Shown here: in pieces, positions 1-14,299 of the stretch | Position numbering within the stretch: the first letter of the stretch is position 1 | Layout of the letters: each line of letters begins with the position of its first letter | Assembly (NCBI RefSeq): GCF_009914755.1 | Contig: NC_060936.1 | Reading direction: 5' to 3' (one strand) | Length of the DNA: 64,000 nt | Origin: the human T2T-CHM13v2.0 reference genome, Homo sapiens | Notes under the pieces: model-generated | What the model was told of the DNA's origin: nothing | Database searches by the model: none | Seen by the model: the letters and a program-made list of their open reading frames with translations, nothing else | Made by a program: the position numbers and the translations under genes

Positions 1-382
1 CAAAAACAAATGTTAAGATATCATAAAACAAAGTGTACCTCCTTCCACAGGCCATCACTGACCCACCTCAAATACAATCTCTAATTAAGTTTCTTGAGCA
101 TTATTTCAGGAATTTTCTTTGCGTATATAAATTTCCTTGGAAACATGCAGAATCATAATATATACTGTTCTTCATTTTATCTTTTTTATCTAAACAGCAC
201 ATCTTGCAAACTTTTCTATTTCTGCCTTCTTTTTTTAATGACTTCAAAATATTCCATTGAATTAATGCATCTCAGCTGAATCAGTCAATATTAACTGAAG
301 TTTTGCTAGTAAAGTGTGGTCTGTGGATTAGCAACATCAGGATCAACTGAGAGTTTGTTAGAAATGCAGAATCTTTATTTTA

Positions 383-705
<323 letters not shown>

Positions 706-730
706 CTATGAAATTAAAAATTAAAGTTTG

Positions 731-1080
731 GGCCAGGCCTGGTGGCTCATACATGTAATCCTAGCACTTTGGGAGGCCAGGTGGGTGAGTCGCTTGAATC
801 CAGGAGTTGGAGACCAGCCTGGACAATAAGGCAAAATCCCATCTCTACAAAAAAAAATTTTTTTTAATTAGCCAAGCATGATGGCCTGCTCCTGTAGTCC
901 CAGCTACTCAGGTGTTTGGGGTGGGAGGATTACCTGAGCCCAGGGAAGTCAAGACTGCAGTGAGCCATGATTGCTCCTGCACTCCAGCTTGGCGACAGAG
1001 CAAGACCCTCTCTCTAAAATAAAATAAAATAAAATAAAATAAAATAAAATAAAATAAAATAAAATAAAATAAAATAAATA
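731..1080 (+). mobile_element. AluJ with (TAAAA)n tail
   Basis: J-type diagnostics (tgagcccagg...agtcaagactgcagtgagccatgatt), a pentanucleotide tail at ~1015-1080, and flanking aaagtttg repeats. Confidence 0.9.
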
Positions 1081-1989
1081 AAGTAATAAAAATAGCTCCC
1101 GCTCCAAAAAAAAGTTTGAGAAGAATTGACATAAATAGCATGCTATTTGCCAGTGACCTTACTTGAAATAATCCTATAATCCAGAATACATATATAGTAT
1201 GCATATTTATAAAAACATACATTTATTTTTAAGTAAGTATTCTTCTATATAATATGATTAAAAAATAGTCTCGGTATATAAGAAACTCAAGAAATGAGTG
1301 AAGAATGATTAAGAGATAATTACTAAAATTTCTTCACAGTTGTTTTTCACTGAATGTATTTGTTGGCTTGAAAGTTTTAGAAAAGTAACGAAGAGCAGTA
1401 CAGCTTCTGGAGGCTTTGAAATGTTACCATAGGAACAAAACAAACCAATCAAACTAAACTTGGAAAGCATATTCAAAATAATTTAAAAAATAGTTCAGCA
1501 TATGGGTAAAACCAAGGAAATAAAAATTTAAAACAGTTTTCCTTCCCCCGACCTCACCCCACAAATCATGATGTGCTTCTCATACCTAATTTTCTAGGAT
1601 GGAAAAACTTGCCATACAAATATGTTTATTTTGCTACTATTTTATTTGTGGGCTCCTAGATTCTAGGTCTAAGAGTGAGGCTGCCTTAGGACTAGGACAG
1701 CCCAAAGGAAGGGTATGCAGGCCTGACTGTCGAGCCCCAGTGCAGGCTGAACACTTCACCGGCATCCTCCTTTAACTGTTGCCCCAAGGGTGCTATTCTT
1801 GGAACTCTGCTCTTCTCATCCTCAGGACTCTCCCTAGACAATCTCACCTAACTCTATGCTTTCTGCTAGCACCTATGTGTTAGTCACTTCAAAATCTCCC
1901 ACCTAAGACTGACTTGAGAGCTCTAAACCTTCATTTCCAATTCACTACCAAAAGTCTACACCAGGTTGGGACACAGATTATTCTAACAC

Positions 1990-2192
1990 AGAGGTTCTCA
2001 ACTTTAGAAAGGTGACTCAGAGTCACCTGGAGCGCTCGTTAAAACTCAGATTGTTTTGTGGATGGGATTGGGCTCATCCCCAAAGTTTATGATTCAGTAG
2101 GTCTAGTACGGGACCTGAGAATCTGTTTCTAAAAAGTTTCTATGTGATGCTGGTGCTGCTAGTTCAGGGTCCACACTTTGGGAATTGCTGCT
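1990..2192. mobile_element. MER5A inserted in an L2 fragment (~1790-2240)
   Basis: Termini gaggttctcaactt...ccacactttgggaattgctg; the flanks resemble L2. Confidence 0.75.
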
Positions 2193-3394
2193 GTAACAAA
2201 ACATATTCAAAATGAAACCCATTTTCTTCCTCCAAATTCTTTTTGATCAAATCTTATACCTGTTGTTCATCCAGTAGAGTATTGCCGTTAGCTTCTTCAT
2301 GAATCTTGAAAATAATCCTCTCCCCTTTCTTCTCCATTCTACCTCTCATTAATGTAGAAGCAAACTTGGTTCCTGTGGTTAAAAAGGGTAAATGACTCAC
2401 TGCCCAACATACACAAAGCTTACTATAGGCCATATCTATGAAGCACACTGAATGAGTGTGGGGATAGTTCAAGAGAAGTCAAGGAAATGGAAATTACTTT
2501 TCTTGATCTATGGCCAGCACTTACCCAGCTTATTTAAAATAGACTGGAAAGAAAATTTAAAAACTAATTCCTTAGGAAAAGCTGCATTTTTGGTGAACTT
2601 TGTCATAATTTCCATCTATCAACCCTTTGGATTTATGATGGGAACTTTTATAAAATTAATTTTGCAATTAACTTGAGACTTGAGGACTAGAGGGAGCACA
2701 ATTCTTGAATTTGCTAATTGTTCCTTTTTATTTTACCATTTAAGATAAAGAGCTATTTTAGCAGCATGAGGATTATTTAAACACAAATTACAAAGGCATA
2801 TTTACATCTATACATTGCTGAACAATATTTTCAGGCGTGGTGGCACCAAACAGATAAAAGACAAGAACTCTTTCAAAAGTCCAAAAACTTACAGGAAAAC
2901 ATGGATGTACTGTGGCGAGGGGAAAAAATAAACTCTAAGTATAATACAAATAGTCAGGAACACTAGATCACTGAATTTTTTCTCTGTTATTCACATATTA
3001 ACTAAGCCATTTGTCAACATACTAAATACCAGTAGCGATATCTTGTGTCCAAGAATCTGCCAACATTTGATGATTCAGTAACTGTGCAGGGTTTTTCCCC
3101 AGAGATTTCACTGGGTTGCTTGTAAATAGGCAACAAAATTATATATGTCTATGTGCTTACATAATGTCACATTTAAAGCATGGAAACATTGTTAAGCACA
3201 GATAAGAAAAGCTACAAAGCATATAAATTACTTGAGGCCTGTTTTATTCACTTCATAAATTGAAATCCTATGTTAACACAAGCAGGTGACCATGGCAACA
3301 TTTGCTGGTTAGGCATGGAATATTAAAAGAGGGACAAACTGTTTCATTCCTATGCACTTCACAGGAGTGACTTCTATTTTCACTAATCTTGCAC

Positions 3395-3590
3395 TATTTA
3401 AGAAATCTGTCCATTTCCTCTAAGTTATGAAATTTGTGGGCATAGAGTTGATAATATTTCATTATCATCCTTTTAATGTCAATGAGATCAGTAGTAACTG
3501 ACTTCTTTCACTTCTGATATTATAATTTGTATATTTTCTCTCTTTTTTGGTTAGCCTTGCTAGATATTTCTCTTTATTTTTAAAGGCAAG
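3395..3590 (-). mobile_element. Old L1M ORF2 fragment
   Basis: T-rich antisense L1 pattern (tgtccatttcctctaagtt...ttctgatatt...tagccttgctag). Confidence 0.65.
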
Positions 3591-3599
3591 AAACTCACA

Positions 3600-3902
3600 T
3601 TTTTTTTTTTTTGAGACGGAGTCTCATTCTGTCACCCAGGCTGGAGTGCAGTGGCACGATCTCAGCTCACTGCAACCTCTGCCTCCCGGTTCAAGTGATT
3701 CTCCTGCTTCAGCCTCTGGAGTAGCTGGGATTACAGGTGCCCCCCACCATGCCCAGCTAATTTTGGTATTTTTAGTGGAGGTGGGGTTTCACCATGTTGG
3801 CCATGGTTGGCCAGGCTGGTCTCAAACTCCTGACCTCAGGTGATCTGCTCACCTCAGCCTCCCAAACTGCTGAGATTACAGGCATGAGCTAGTGCACCGG
3901 CC
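3600..3902 (-). mobile_element. Alu (AluS-type)
   Basis: Poly-T followed by an antisense Alu dimer ending ggcc; contains a small internal duplication ttggccatggttggccagg. Confidence 0.95.
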
Positions 3903-5859
3903 ATAACATTTTAAATTTATTGCTACTTTCATTTACGTTTTACTGAAAAAGTGTCCTTTTCATAATGAAAAGGGAACTTTTAAATAATTTTAAATTTCTA
4001 TGTTCTAATTAATAAAAATTATAGTTAAGGAAAAGGCAAAGTTAACATACAAATTTGCTTATTTTACATTTTTGTAAAACAATTATATCATTCAGTATTG
4101 CTGCTCAAGCGAACACATGCATATGAAAATCTCTCTTGTACACATATAAAATAGAAGACTTATCAAACACCTGCAACACCTATATATTATTTGAGAGTTT
4201 ATTATCATTTAAATATCCTTTCAAATAAGATCCAATAGCATTTCCAAAAATAGAAAGTGTCTATTTGAATACCAGCTTTTGGTAGAACGTGAATAGCATT
4301 AAGTGTGTGGCCTGAGTAAAGGGCAGACCAGCAGAAAACATTAGCGGACTTTCCAACATTTTTACCATGGCTGATTAAATAGAAACACATTTAAACAAAT
4401 GCCCCTTGGCATTAAATTCTTAAAACTTCTTATAAACACATGTTTTTCATTCATGCAATATCAGCTATTAATTTGTGTCACTTTTGCTGTCAATAAAGAG
4501 AAAATTCACCAAAGACGGCTGGAATTACAAGCATCTTTATTGTTTACTTTATAAGATAACTGGAGGTTGTTAGTCCTAGACGTGCTTCTGTGGCTTGAGG
4601 AAACATTGACTCTTTCCATCTTTCTATTCTATTGGCTTTATTCTTGTTGTGATGTCAAAATGGCTACTGAAGGTACAAAAAACGTCCTCAAATCACAGGA
4701 TCCCAGGCAGGAAGGACAAGGTAAAGGCAAAAAGGCTCTTGCACAGCTTATGCCTTTTTGAGGGGAGGAAAATCTTTCTTAACAGCAATTAGATTATTGG
4801 TCAAAAGTAATCCTTGCTTTCCCCTCAAACTGTCATTGGCAAAGAGGCATGGCCACACTGTCACTCAAACAAAGGGACGTTCTGTTCACAAGGAAAAAGG
4901 AAATAATGCTATTGGATGGGTCACAATGTATGCCACATTTTCTCTTGTGACAGAAAAATTTGCAAAGGGGAGTTTTACCATAAAGCCCTCTACTAAATAT
5001 ATAACCATTGGTGATTGATCTCTAGACTATCCTACATCTAATAAAATCCATGACTTGTTTAAATGATGAATGTTCATGTTCATCAAATCCACGTATAAGA
5101 CAAGATGGTACAGAATTCATCATTTGTACAAGATGGCTAGAAAGAGAAACAAGAATCCAATAAACAATCTGAGTGTCAAGTCATCAAGATACTGATAATG
5201 TGACTTTCAAAAATAAATTCTGTTTTACACATAAGCTCTAAAGTGAACACCTACATTGACTAAGCTTTTCCTTTGAAAAGACCACTCTTATCTCAAAAAA
5301 AAACTTTTTAAAACAGAGAATGAATAAAGAACTAATATTTTGAGGACCTACTAGAGCTAGTTACTGTGTTTGATTTTTAGCATGTGGTACTCTTTTAATC
5401 CTCACCATAAACCAATGAGATCTCTCTTTTTATAAAGCTGACTTAAAGTAAACACAGCTAAACAAGGCTGAGTCTGTTAACTAACCAGGCAAGCAATCAC
5501 ATGCCTGTGAAGGAATTTGTTGAATAGTTTGTTCATTCAGAGAGAAAACTCACAGTTTTGAGTTCTAAAAAAGTAGGCATTCATGATAGCTATGGTAATT
5601 AAGTGCGAAAGCCAGCACTCTATATAGGAGGGAATAGGTCCATATGTTTGTACATCGTTGGTTGTAACAAGATCCATTGTTGATGAATCAGAAAAGTCTT
5701 CAGTTAGGTCTAGTAAGCGTCTTTCCTCTTTCTCTCTAAAACTTGTGATCTTTTATCAGCTCCAGCTTGCCACCAGTTAGAACTAGTGGCAATGAAACAC
5801 AGCGGTCAGCTTTGTATTTCCCAGACAAGTACTGTTATGGTTGGAAATTTTTCAGTTTA

Positions 5860-6240
5860 CAGCTCAAAGACAATAAAAGTTTATTTCTCACTCAAACAAT
5901 TCAGGGCAGTTTCCCACGAGGCAATTGGGTGGTGTCTCTACAGTCATTCAGGGACTCAGGCTGACAGAGACCATACAATCTTCAATATGTGGTTTCTAAA
6001 ATTTCCCAGGGCATTGGCCAGGGGAAAAAAGCTGGAAGGATCTTTTATGAAAGATATCGGGGAACCAGGTCTGTGAGTGGCACGTATCACTTCCACCTAC
6101 ATTTAACTGGATAAACCTAGTCACATGGCCATACCTCACTCCAGGATCTGAATGGCTAAAAAATGTCAACTTCCTCATGGTTTCTGTGATCAAATAGTGT
6201 TAAACAGAAATGGTCAGTTAATCAAGCTTCCTGCCACAGA
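5860..6240. mobile_element. MLT1-family (MaLR) LTR remnant
   Basis: Motifs aaagtttatttctcactc, cagtcattcagggactcaggctgacagag and atcacttccacctacatt...agtcacatggcc. Confidence 0.65.
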
Positions 6241-6369
6241 ATGATTGGCTTTTAATTTGCTAAGGAACCCTGTGATTTTTCCCATGGGATATAAAAGTTT
6301 GTAGCATTGTAGCATTACTCAAACTGATTTGGGCATAGTACTCATTTTAGACTGCTGCAATGATCTAAG

Positions 6370-6548
6370 TGGTGTTTCTCAACTTTAGTGTACATTAGAA
6401 TTACCTGGTTTGTTAAAACACAAATTCCTGAGCCCCATCCCCAAGGTTTCTAATTCAGTTGGCTGTTACCTAAAAATGTGCATTTTCAACAAGTCCTCAG
6501 GTGATGCTAATACTACTAGTCCAGGGACCACCCTTTGAGAATCACTGA
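6370..6548. mobile_element. MER5A/B hAT MITE
   Basis: gtggtgtttctcaacttt...gggaccaccctttgagaatcactg. Confidence 0.8.
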
Positions 6549-7847
6549 TCTGCAGGATCACTTAAGAGATAAGGAAAATCCAAAGTGGTGGGATGAGGAT
6601 GTGTGCCTGCTGGCTGTAAGTACTGAGCTGTTGCTTTCACCATCATCTCTATTGTTTTCCAAAGCTCAGCCCTCTCACTAGGGAGAAGCCATGGTTTTAG
6701 TGTATGTGCTAGAGAATTTCATCCATTTAAACGAGGTATTTGCTGCTAAGGGGACATTGTATATAGAAAGACCAAGAATGGAATGTAAGTCAAGCTATGT
6801 GGTAAGAATGACTGATAATTTTTTTTGTTTTTTAAAAAGAAGTAAATCCTTTAACACTGTTCATTCATCTTTCCCTTCTTTAACATTTTCTGGGTGCATC
6901 TAGATGAATAAGAAAATGTGCCTTCACTCTCAAAGATCACAGAAGCAAACAGAGGTGTGTCTTGGAAATATGAAGGAAAGGCCTATATTTCAGACAAGCC
7001 CCAAGGCTGTGGGGTCAGAGAAAGTTTCTTCAAGCAGGTAAGGCTCATTACAAAAATTATTAGCATATATCATTTTACTTGCTTCCTGCATTAAAATTTT
7101 CCTTCAAAATCTAATCAAAAATGTTTTTAAAACTCTGATTTTACATGGCTTTTATTAATATTTTCCTTCTCCGATTTTTAAACAACCTAAAAATATATAA
7201 ATAGATAGTAAGACTTCTTTAATTTTTTCCCTCTGATGGTGGAAAAGTTTCTGTGATTTTTCTCTCTGAGAGTTTCAAAGCCTGAACTTCTTGACAGTTA
7301 ATTAAAACAGGTCATTTAGCCACTAGCCACTAATCACATAAATTATAACGCAGAGACAAAGTGATGGTCATATTCCATTAATAATTGAGCTAAATGTCAA
7401 TATTGTGCTTTTGCCTAGAAAATGATGAGAAAATATTTACTGGGGGAAAATAGGCACTATTTTGACCCTTAAGTAAGGATGGAGCTACTAAAAAATTAGA
7501 AGGATTTTCAACTGGATTTCCCTCAAGTGCTAGGCTAGGTTCTGAAATCCAGAGGTACATCTCAAACAATTGCTACACTATGTAATTTTGCACTCACCCA
7601 TTTTAAAAGTTGAAGATGTATTCGAAAGCATTTTTAATCTCCTTTATTTTTATCAAACATCGCCAACTTTGAGCAATGCTTTGTTATGCTCTGGGAGGAT
7701 GCTGCAAATGAGCCTGTAAATGTTTTCTGTGCTTCTGTTCTAATGTAGAGGATGGGGTATAAAGAAGATAATATTGGCCATGAGCTTTAGAATTACTGAA
7801 GCTGAATTGATGGAAAGTGGTGGAATCACCATATTATACTGCCTGAC

Positions 7848-8227
7848 TGTCTTTGTTTGTGCTGCTGTAACAGTATACCACAGACTGGGTAATTTATAAA
7901 GAACAGAAATTTATTTTTCACAGTTCTGGAGGCTGGAAGTCCAAGGTCAAAGCACCAGCATTTGGTGTCTAGTGAGGGCTGCTGTCTGCTTCCATGATGG
8001 TGCCTTATTGTTGCATTCTTCAGAGAGCAGAAATGCTGAGTTTTCATATGAGAGAAGGCAGAAGAGCAAGAGGAATGAATTCCTTACATGAAGCCATTTT
8101 ATAAGGGCACCAGTTCTATTCCTAAGGGAAAAGCCCTCATGGCCTAATCACCTTTTAAAAGCCCCACCTCTTAATACTGTCATATTAGCAACCTGAATTT
8201 TGGAGGCGACCCATTCAAACCATAACA
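7848..8227 (-). mobile_element. MST-family (MSTB/MSTD-like) MaLR solo LTR
   Basis: gctgctgtaacagtataccacagactgggtaatttataaagaacagaaatttattt...cattcaaaccataaca. Confidence 0.85.
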
Positions 8228-8282
8228 CTTGTTTTATGTATATTTAAATTGTTCTTTAATAAACTATTTTACTTAAAAATTA

Positions 8283-8603
<321 letters not shown>

Positions 8604-9157
8604 TCAATGGTCTTACCTGCCTAATCAGTTCTATTGGTAATTTCTTGAAAGATAAGACAATGTTTTAGCAGTTATATTTTTTTTACCAAGTCGGTAAATG
8701 CTGCCAAATAGTTTCCCCTAAAATTTGCACAATGTAACTACAAAATGATGAAACAGTGTATTACTTTCAGTTTTGAGGCTCCATTTCTTTACTGATGAGT
8801 CTTTACCAATAAGCCATTCACACTTCATGAAGAAAAATTCATTTCTAAATACTAGCAAAAAATTTTGATCTAATAACCTGAATTCATATTTTATGTCATA
8901 AAATAAATGAAAAATTTCTCAATCTTTAATAAGCCAGTTCAAATATTGTATGCCTTTGTAAAAAAATAAAATAAAATGACTGGTGAGTGATTAATAAAGA
9001 TTTGCTGAATGAATAATGAATGACTTAAAACTGTGTCTTGGGAAAAAAGAGAGAAATTTCTACCAGTGCTTGATATATTTGATTGAGCCATATGAAGTCT
9101 GAAAGGATGTAATTTAAATGAAGAAAAATACACATAACTCTTCTAATTCACTTTTTT

Positions 9158-10137
9158 TGCTGCTGGTAAATGTTTAACCAGCTCTAAAAAAAAAAATACA
9201 CAAGTATAATTGCATAGTTTATTTCAAATTCGGATAAAAAATGTAGCACACAATTTGCAAATAATAAGTTGTACAGTTTTTAACAAATTTATATAACCAT
9301 TTGATTTTTAAATAATATTTTTATTTCTTGCCAAATCTTGATTCTTTAGCTAGTCTATATTTGTAATTCAACCATGATTTGAAAAAAAAATCATATTACA
9401 AATCAGTAGTTGATTAGTACTTATTTCAGCAAAGAAGTCACTCAAATTGTCAGTGAATGAGTATATTTCTGACAAATATATTGATGGATGGATATTTTTT
9501 ATTTTCGTTAAAGAGTGAGAAGAAAGTGAAACAACAAAAACAGATGTTAGAACTTCACTCATTTCATTAATGGCATCATCAACTTCTTTGCCCAATTGAA
9601 TTATAGTTTTTAATAACTGAAATAATGTTTTTCCAATTTTTGTGCTTTTCACAAAATAATGCATACAGACACAATATACTTTTGAGTTTAATCCTTATTA
9701 GTAACACTTTTTGTCATCACATTCTTAAGTCGAGGCAATCAATAAAACAATGAGTCAAGCCCTGATTTGTAGTTTTGTCAGTTTCCATAGTGTAAATATT
9801 CCGACCATGGCTGACTTTAAGCTACCAACATGGCATCACTGAAAACGAAGTTGGGAAGAGATGCACAGTAGCACACCATCACATAGTATTTTCATCATAC
9901 AGATACAACAAATGTAACTGATTTCAAAATTAAAGGTAACAAAAGATGTAATAAAATAATTAGGCATGGATATATTTTGAGTATATACTACCTTTGTTTT
10001 ATTATAATTTATTTAACTGTTGACATGTATATTTTTTAACAATGGCTGTGTTTCATAACTGGCTCACAAAATTCCTAAAAATTAAACAGCCACCTTTTAA
10101 CCTGTGAGCCAGTGCAGGTTAGCTCAAGAACAACACT
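9158..10137. mobile_element. MER63-family (hAT-Blackjack) DNA transposon, long variant
   Basis: Termini tgctggtaaatgtttaacc... and ...aatggctgtgtttcataactggctcacaaaattcct...gagccagtgcagg match MER63; length ~1 kb. Confidence 0.7.
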
Positions 10138-13100
10138 TCTGCTCTCTTGTGTGAGCTATTTATGAAATTATCTCGTGTGTGTGGGGTGGTGGGGGGGGGG
10201 TGTGATAAAACTATATTCTTGCTATGCCACTCTCCTTTCTCTGAAAATATGCAAAATTGTGCTTACACGTAGTATTTCCTCAAACTTAAATGAGTTCTAT
10301 TACCTCCCAGTTTGAAATTTTTGTTAAACTTCAGGGCCTCCCAGTTTGAATACTGCCACCTCCCTGGAGGCTTTCTTGATTTTATTTTCATAATTAATAC
10401 GTTTTTCATTCCTCTGAGATACCAATGCACTTTACACATCCTCTACCTAAAATGTTCTTAATTCTATAGGTATTATCACCTTTCCACCTTATGCTTCACA
10501 GCAGGCACTCAACACACATTATGGACTCTAATATTTTTCTATGTACTTGAAAACATAAGATACAACAAATATTAATTAATAAGGTAACTTCCACAAGGAC
10601 AAACCTTTATGCCATGTAAGAAACGCCAATTTTTCCCTCTATCATTTTGGTGAGTGAGTACTCACACACACATGGGAGAATGCCTCCAAAGTTCTATAAT
10701 TTGGAAGAATTAATGAAAATGTCACTTTTATATGACAAGACAACACATGAACACTGGACCCCAATACAAACATGACTCAAGTTCCATCTAATCAAAGGAA
10801 ATTGGGCAGCAGCTTGTGGCTAAAATAACACACATGCTCAGGTAGGACATTCTCTATAGAGTCACACAGCAGCTTAGGCCATAGTGGAAGAAGTTCTTTC
10901 AGTATCGGAAGTTAGGAGGCTTAAAATCTCAGTCTTGTTTCAACAATGCATTGATTGAGCAAGGTCTCCTAGTATTTCTGAGGCTTGGTGTTTATATCTA
11001 TAAAGTAATATGGCTGAATGAGATGGCCTCAAAAAGAGAACCAGCTAGCCCCAATTGTCTATAATTTTAAGACTCAGTCATGTGCAGCTGGGCAATGCAG
11101 AGACTGCTGTCTCCAGTGTCCTATAAACCCAATTCTTACATCAAATTATCAAAAGGTAGGCAGGAGTAATTATTTTCTCACTCCCTAATTCTAGATTGTT
11201 CTATAAAGGGAATCATCTTGAACTTTGGAACTATGTGGAGAAATATGTAATCAATATTACTTATAATATATAGCTGCATTGTGGTGGAATAATTTTAGAG
11301 CTCTATTTTAAACACATTATTCTATTGAAATATTGAACTGTTCTGGAAAGAAAATTTAGTTTTTCAATTAGAAAAACTTTCTGCTATAAACAAAGATTTT
11401 TTGTAACTATGGGCCTCTGCCTCAGAGTGTTGGCTGCTATGGAGACCAAAGGACATAAATATCAAGTAAATTCTAAATCATCTGGTAATCTCTGTTGGGA
11501 AGAATATTTTTCTTTTCTTCAGAAAAAAAATAATTTTATAAGTTCAACAGTAGAGAAAGGAAGACAAAATTTATAAAACTGACGCAACTATGTCCCTATG
11601 GAAGTCACAGAGTATGATAAATAGGGCCTAAGTCTGTTGTTCCAGTTGTTTGTAATAACCAGCAAAGTAAGAAGGTAGCTGTTACAGAAGTAAGTGGCAT
11701 CACTTGGAAAAGCAGGTAGGAGTTCTTTGATGCTACACTGACCTCACCCACAGAAATAATTGGTCCCATGGAACCTGAAAGAACTAAGGAGGTGAAAATT
11801 GATCTCAAAAAACCATTTGGGGCTCCTTCTATGTCCTAGGTGCCATGCAACCCAGGCCTTCTTCGCAGGCCCCTCTACACGAGCTGCTCAGCTTCTATGC
11901 AGCCCAAAGAGAAATAAAGTTCTGAATTTTCTATCCCATTCAGATATCTCAAAAGAATTGATAGCCTTGATTGAAAAGGTTGCCAGCTTCCCTATCTCAA
12001 CCCAAGAGGGTGGGAGGAAAGAAAAGGCAACAGATAACATTTTTCATTTACACTTTCTTAAAATCATTGGGTTTTGACCTCAAACTGGAATTCCCACATC
12101 TTGCATCTCAATTAGATGTCTGTTGTCACTTAGCATTCCTTAAATATGTATCTGGCAAGAGCCTCATGTTCGTTAATACACATCCAGGGAATACCTACAA
12201 CATACAGAACACTCTGTTAGCTTCTTTGGGCATAAAAGAATCAAATAAACGTTGATTCTGCCCTACAGTGAGCTTATATACTACTGCAGTAGAGATAAAA
12301 ACATGTCCATAAATATAATACAAAATGCTGTTTTATAATGAAAATGAATGCCAGGTATATAGGAGTTCTTTTGTGGAGGAGGTAAATTTCAGCTGAGCAG
12401 CTAGGGAAATGAAATAATGAGGTAATGAAAAAGTTGGAATTAAAGTGGATTATAAAAATCAAACAATTGTGGAAGGAGAGGACAGGTACCTTAGACTGAT
12501 TAGTTTTACTAGAGTATAAGATGTAAAATGGGAGTGACAGGCTATAGGAAGTAGGTTCTTGGGGGGGAATTACGGCTAATAAAATTAGTTATGGTATGTC
12601 TAAAATCTTTATTTAAAAACTCTGGAAGATATCCAACGAAAAGATTAAAAATCTTGGATTAAAATTATTAGTGGAGTGCTTAAAATACAGTTTTGGATGT
12701 AAGCTATAGGGGGATGAGAATCAAAATAATGAGATGGCCAAGAGACAGACCCCAGGGTGAGTGAAACAAAAAGAGAAATGAGGATGCAGTGAAGGACTAC
12801 TTAGATTTTATTTTTTTATATATATCTGGGTATATGTTTTAGTAGATTCAAATCATGAACCTAAAACAATCATAACAAAACTATGAATTATTGAATGCAG
12901 TCATTGTGATAAATACCTTTATAAATTATCTTATTTTGCCATTATGGCAGCTTTATGAAGATGCCCTTATTTACATATTATAAACAAGAATACCAATTTC
13001 CCTCAATGTCACATTATTGAAATATTCTAAGACAGTAATAGATTCCAGATCTAATTTGATCCAAACTCTAAATCACTGTGCTATCCTGCCTCTCAAATGC

Positions 13101-13145
13101 TGTCCTTCCCTAAAAGCTGCTGATAACCTAAATAATTGGACCAAC

Positions 13146-13332
13146 TAGGATTGTCAGATTTAGCAAATAAAAATACAGAATATCCAGTTAAATGTGAACT
13201 TTAGATAAACAACAAATATATTTTTAGAATAAGTATGTCACAGGTAATATTTGGGAAATAATTATACTAAAAACGTTATTTATCTGAAATTCAAATTTAA
13301 CGGGGCATCTTATATTTTATCTGGCAAACCTA
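13146..13332. mobile_element. MER53 palindromic hAT MITE
   Basis: Inverted ends taggattgtcagatttagcaaataaaaatacag...atcttatattttatctggcaaaccta. Confidence 0.85.
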
Positions 13333-13387
13333 TGATGAACTAAAGTGTAGGAAATTATGTCCATTCTCTTAAAAAACAGATTTTTCT

Positions 13388-13700
<313 letters not shown>

Positions 13701-14299
13701 ACAGATTTTCCTTAGCCTGTAGTCAATAACAAAGTAGGGAGACAGTAAATGAGTTATAGATAAATAAAAATGAATTATTAAATGAATGGTACATCATAAA
13801 AATCGCTATGGAGTGAATAATCTTACTTTAGCTATTTTTATATAATGTTATTATTGATACCTTCTGGATGTTATCTTAATTAGGAATATGGGGTAAAATA
13901 TCCATATAAGTGCCTCAAATATAAATGAAAATATTAACATACCCATCTTAACGAATTTTGAAAAGAAACCTTGCCACAACCCCAACCATCTACATGCACA
14001 GGGCTAATTTAAAATGTTCTTCTGATTTAATGTAGCTAAATAATAAATGCATATTTCAGTGGTCTGTTTTTCTTATTATGTTCTCTAGATGTGATACATC
14101 CAAGGACCAAATCAAGAGCACAATAGTGTGGACATTTTAAGGAAGAAAACAATAATTTAAACTTATTTTAAATAATATTATTCAAAATAATAATTACTCA
14201 AATTCAATAAAATTATTCAAAATAATTGTATAAATTTAAATTATTCTTGAGTTATTACTATTCTCAGCTGATAGAATAAAGCCTTTAAAATATCACTGT

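Noticed and set aside
9368-9664. 98-aa ORF in AT-rich DNA
   Set aside because: It lies inside a MER63 transposon remnant and has no identifiable coding function.
11605-11808. 67-aa minus-strand ORF with a good acceptor (ttctttcag at 11775) and a possible 27-nt micro-exon 11748-11774
   Set aside because: No recognisable protein similarity and a weak donor; such signals occur by chance in 64 kb.
14160-14260. AT-rich quasi-palindromic stretch with repeated attattcaaaataat
   Set aside because: Low-complexity sequence that cannot be distinguished from slippage-derived DNA.
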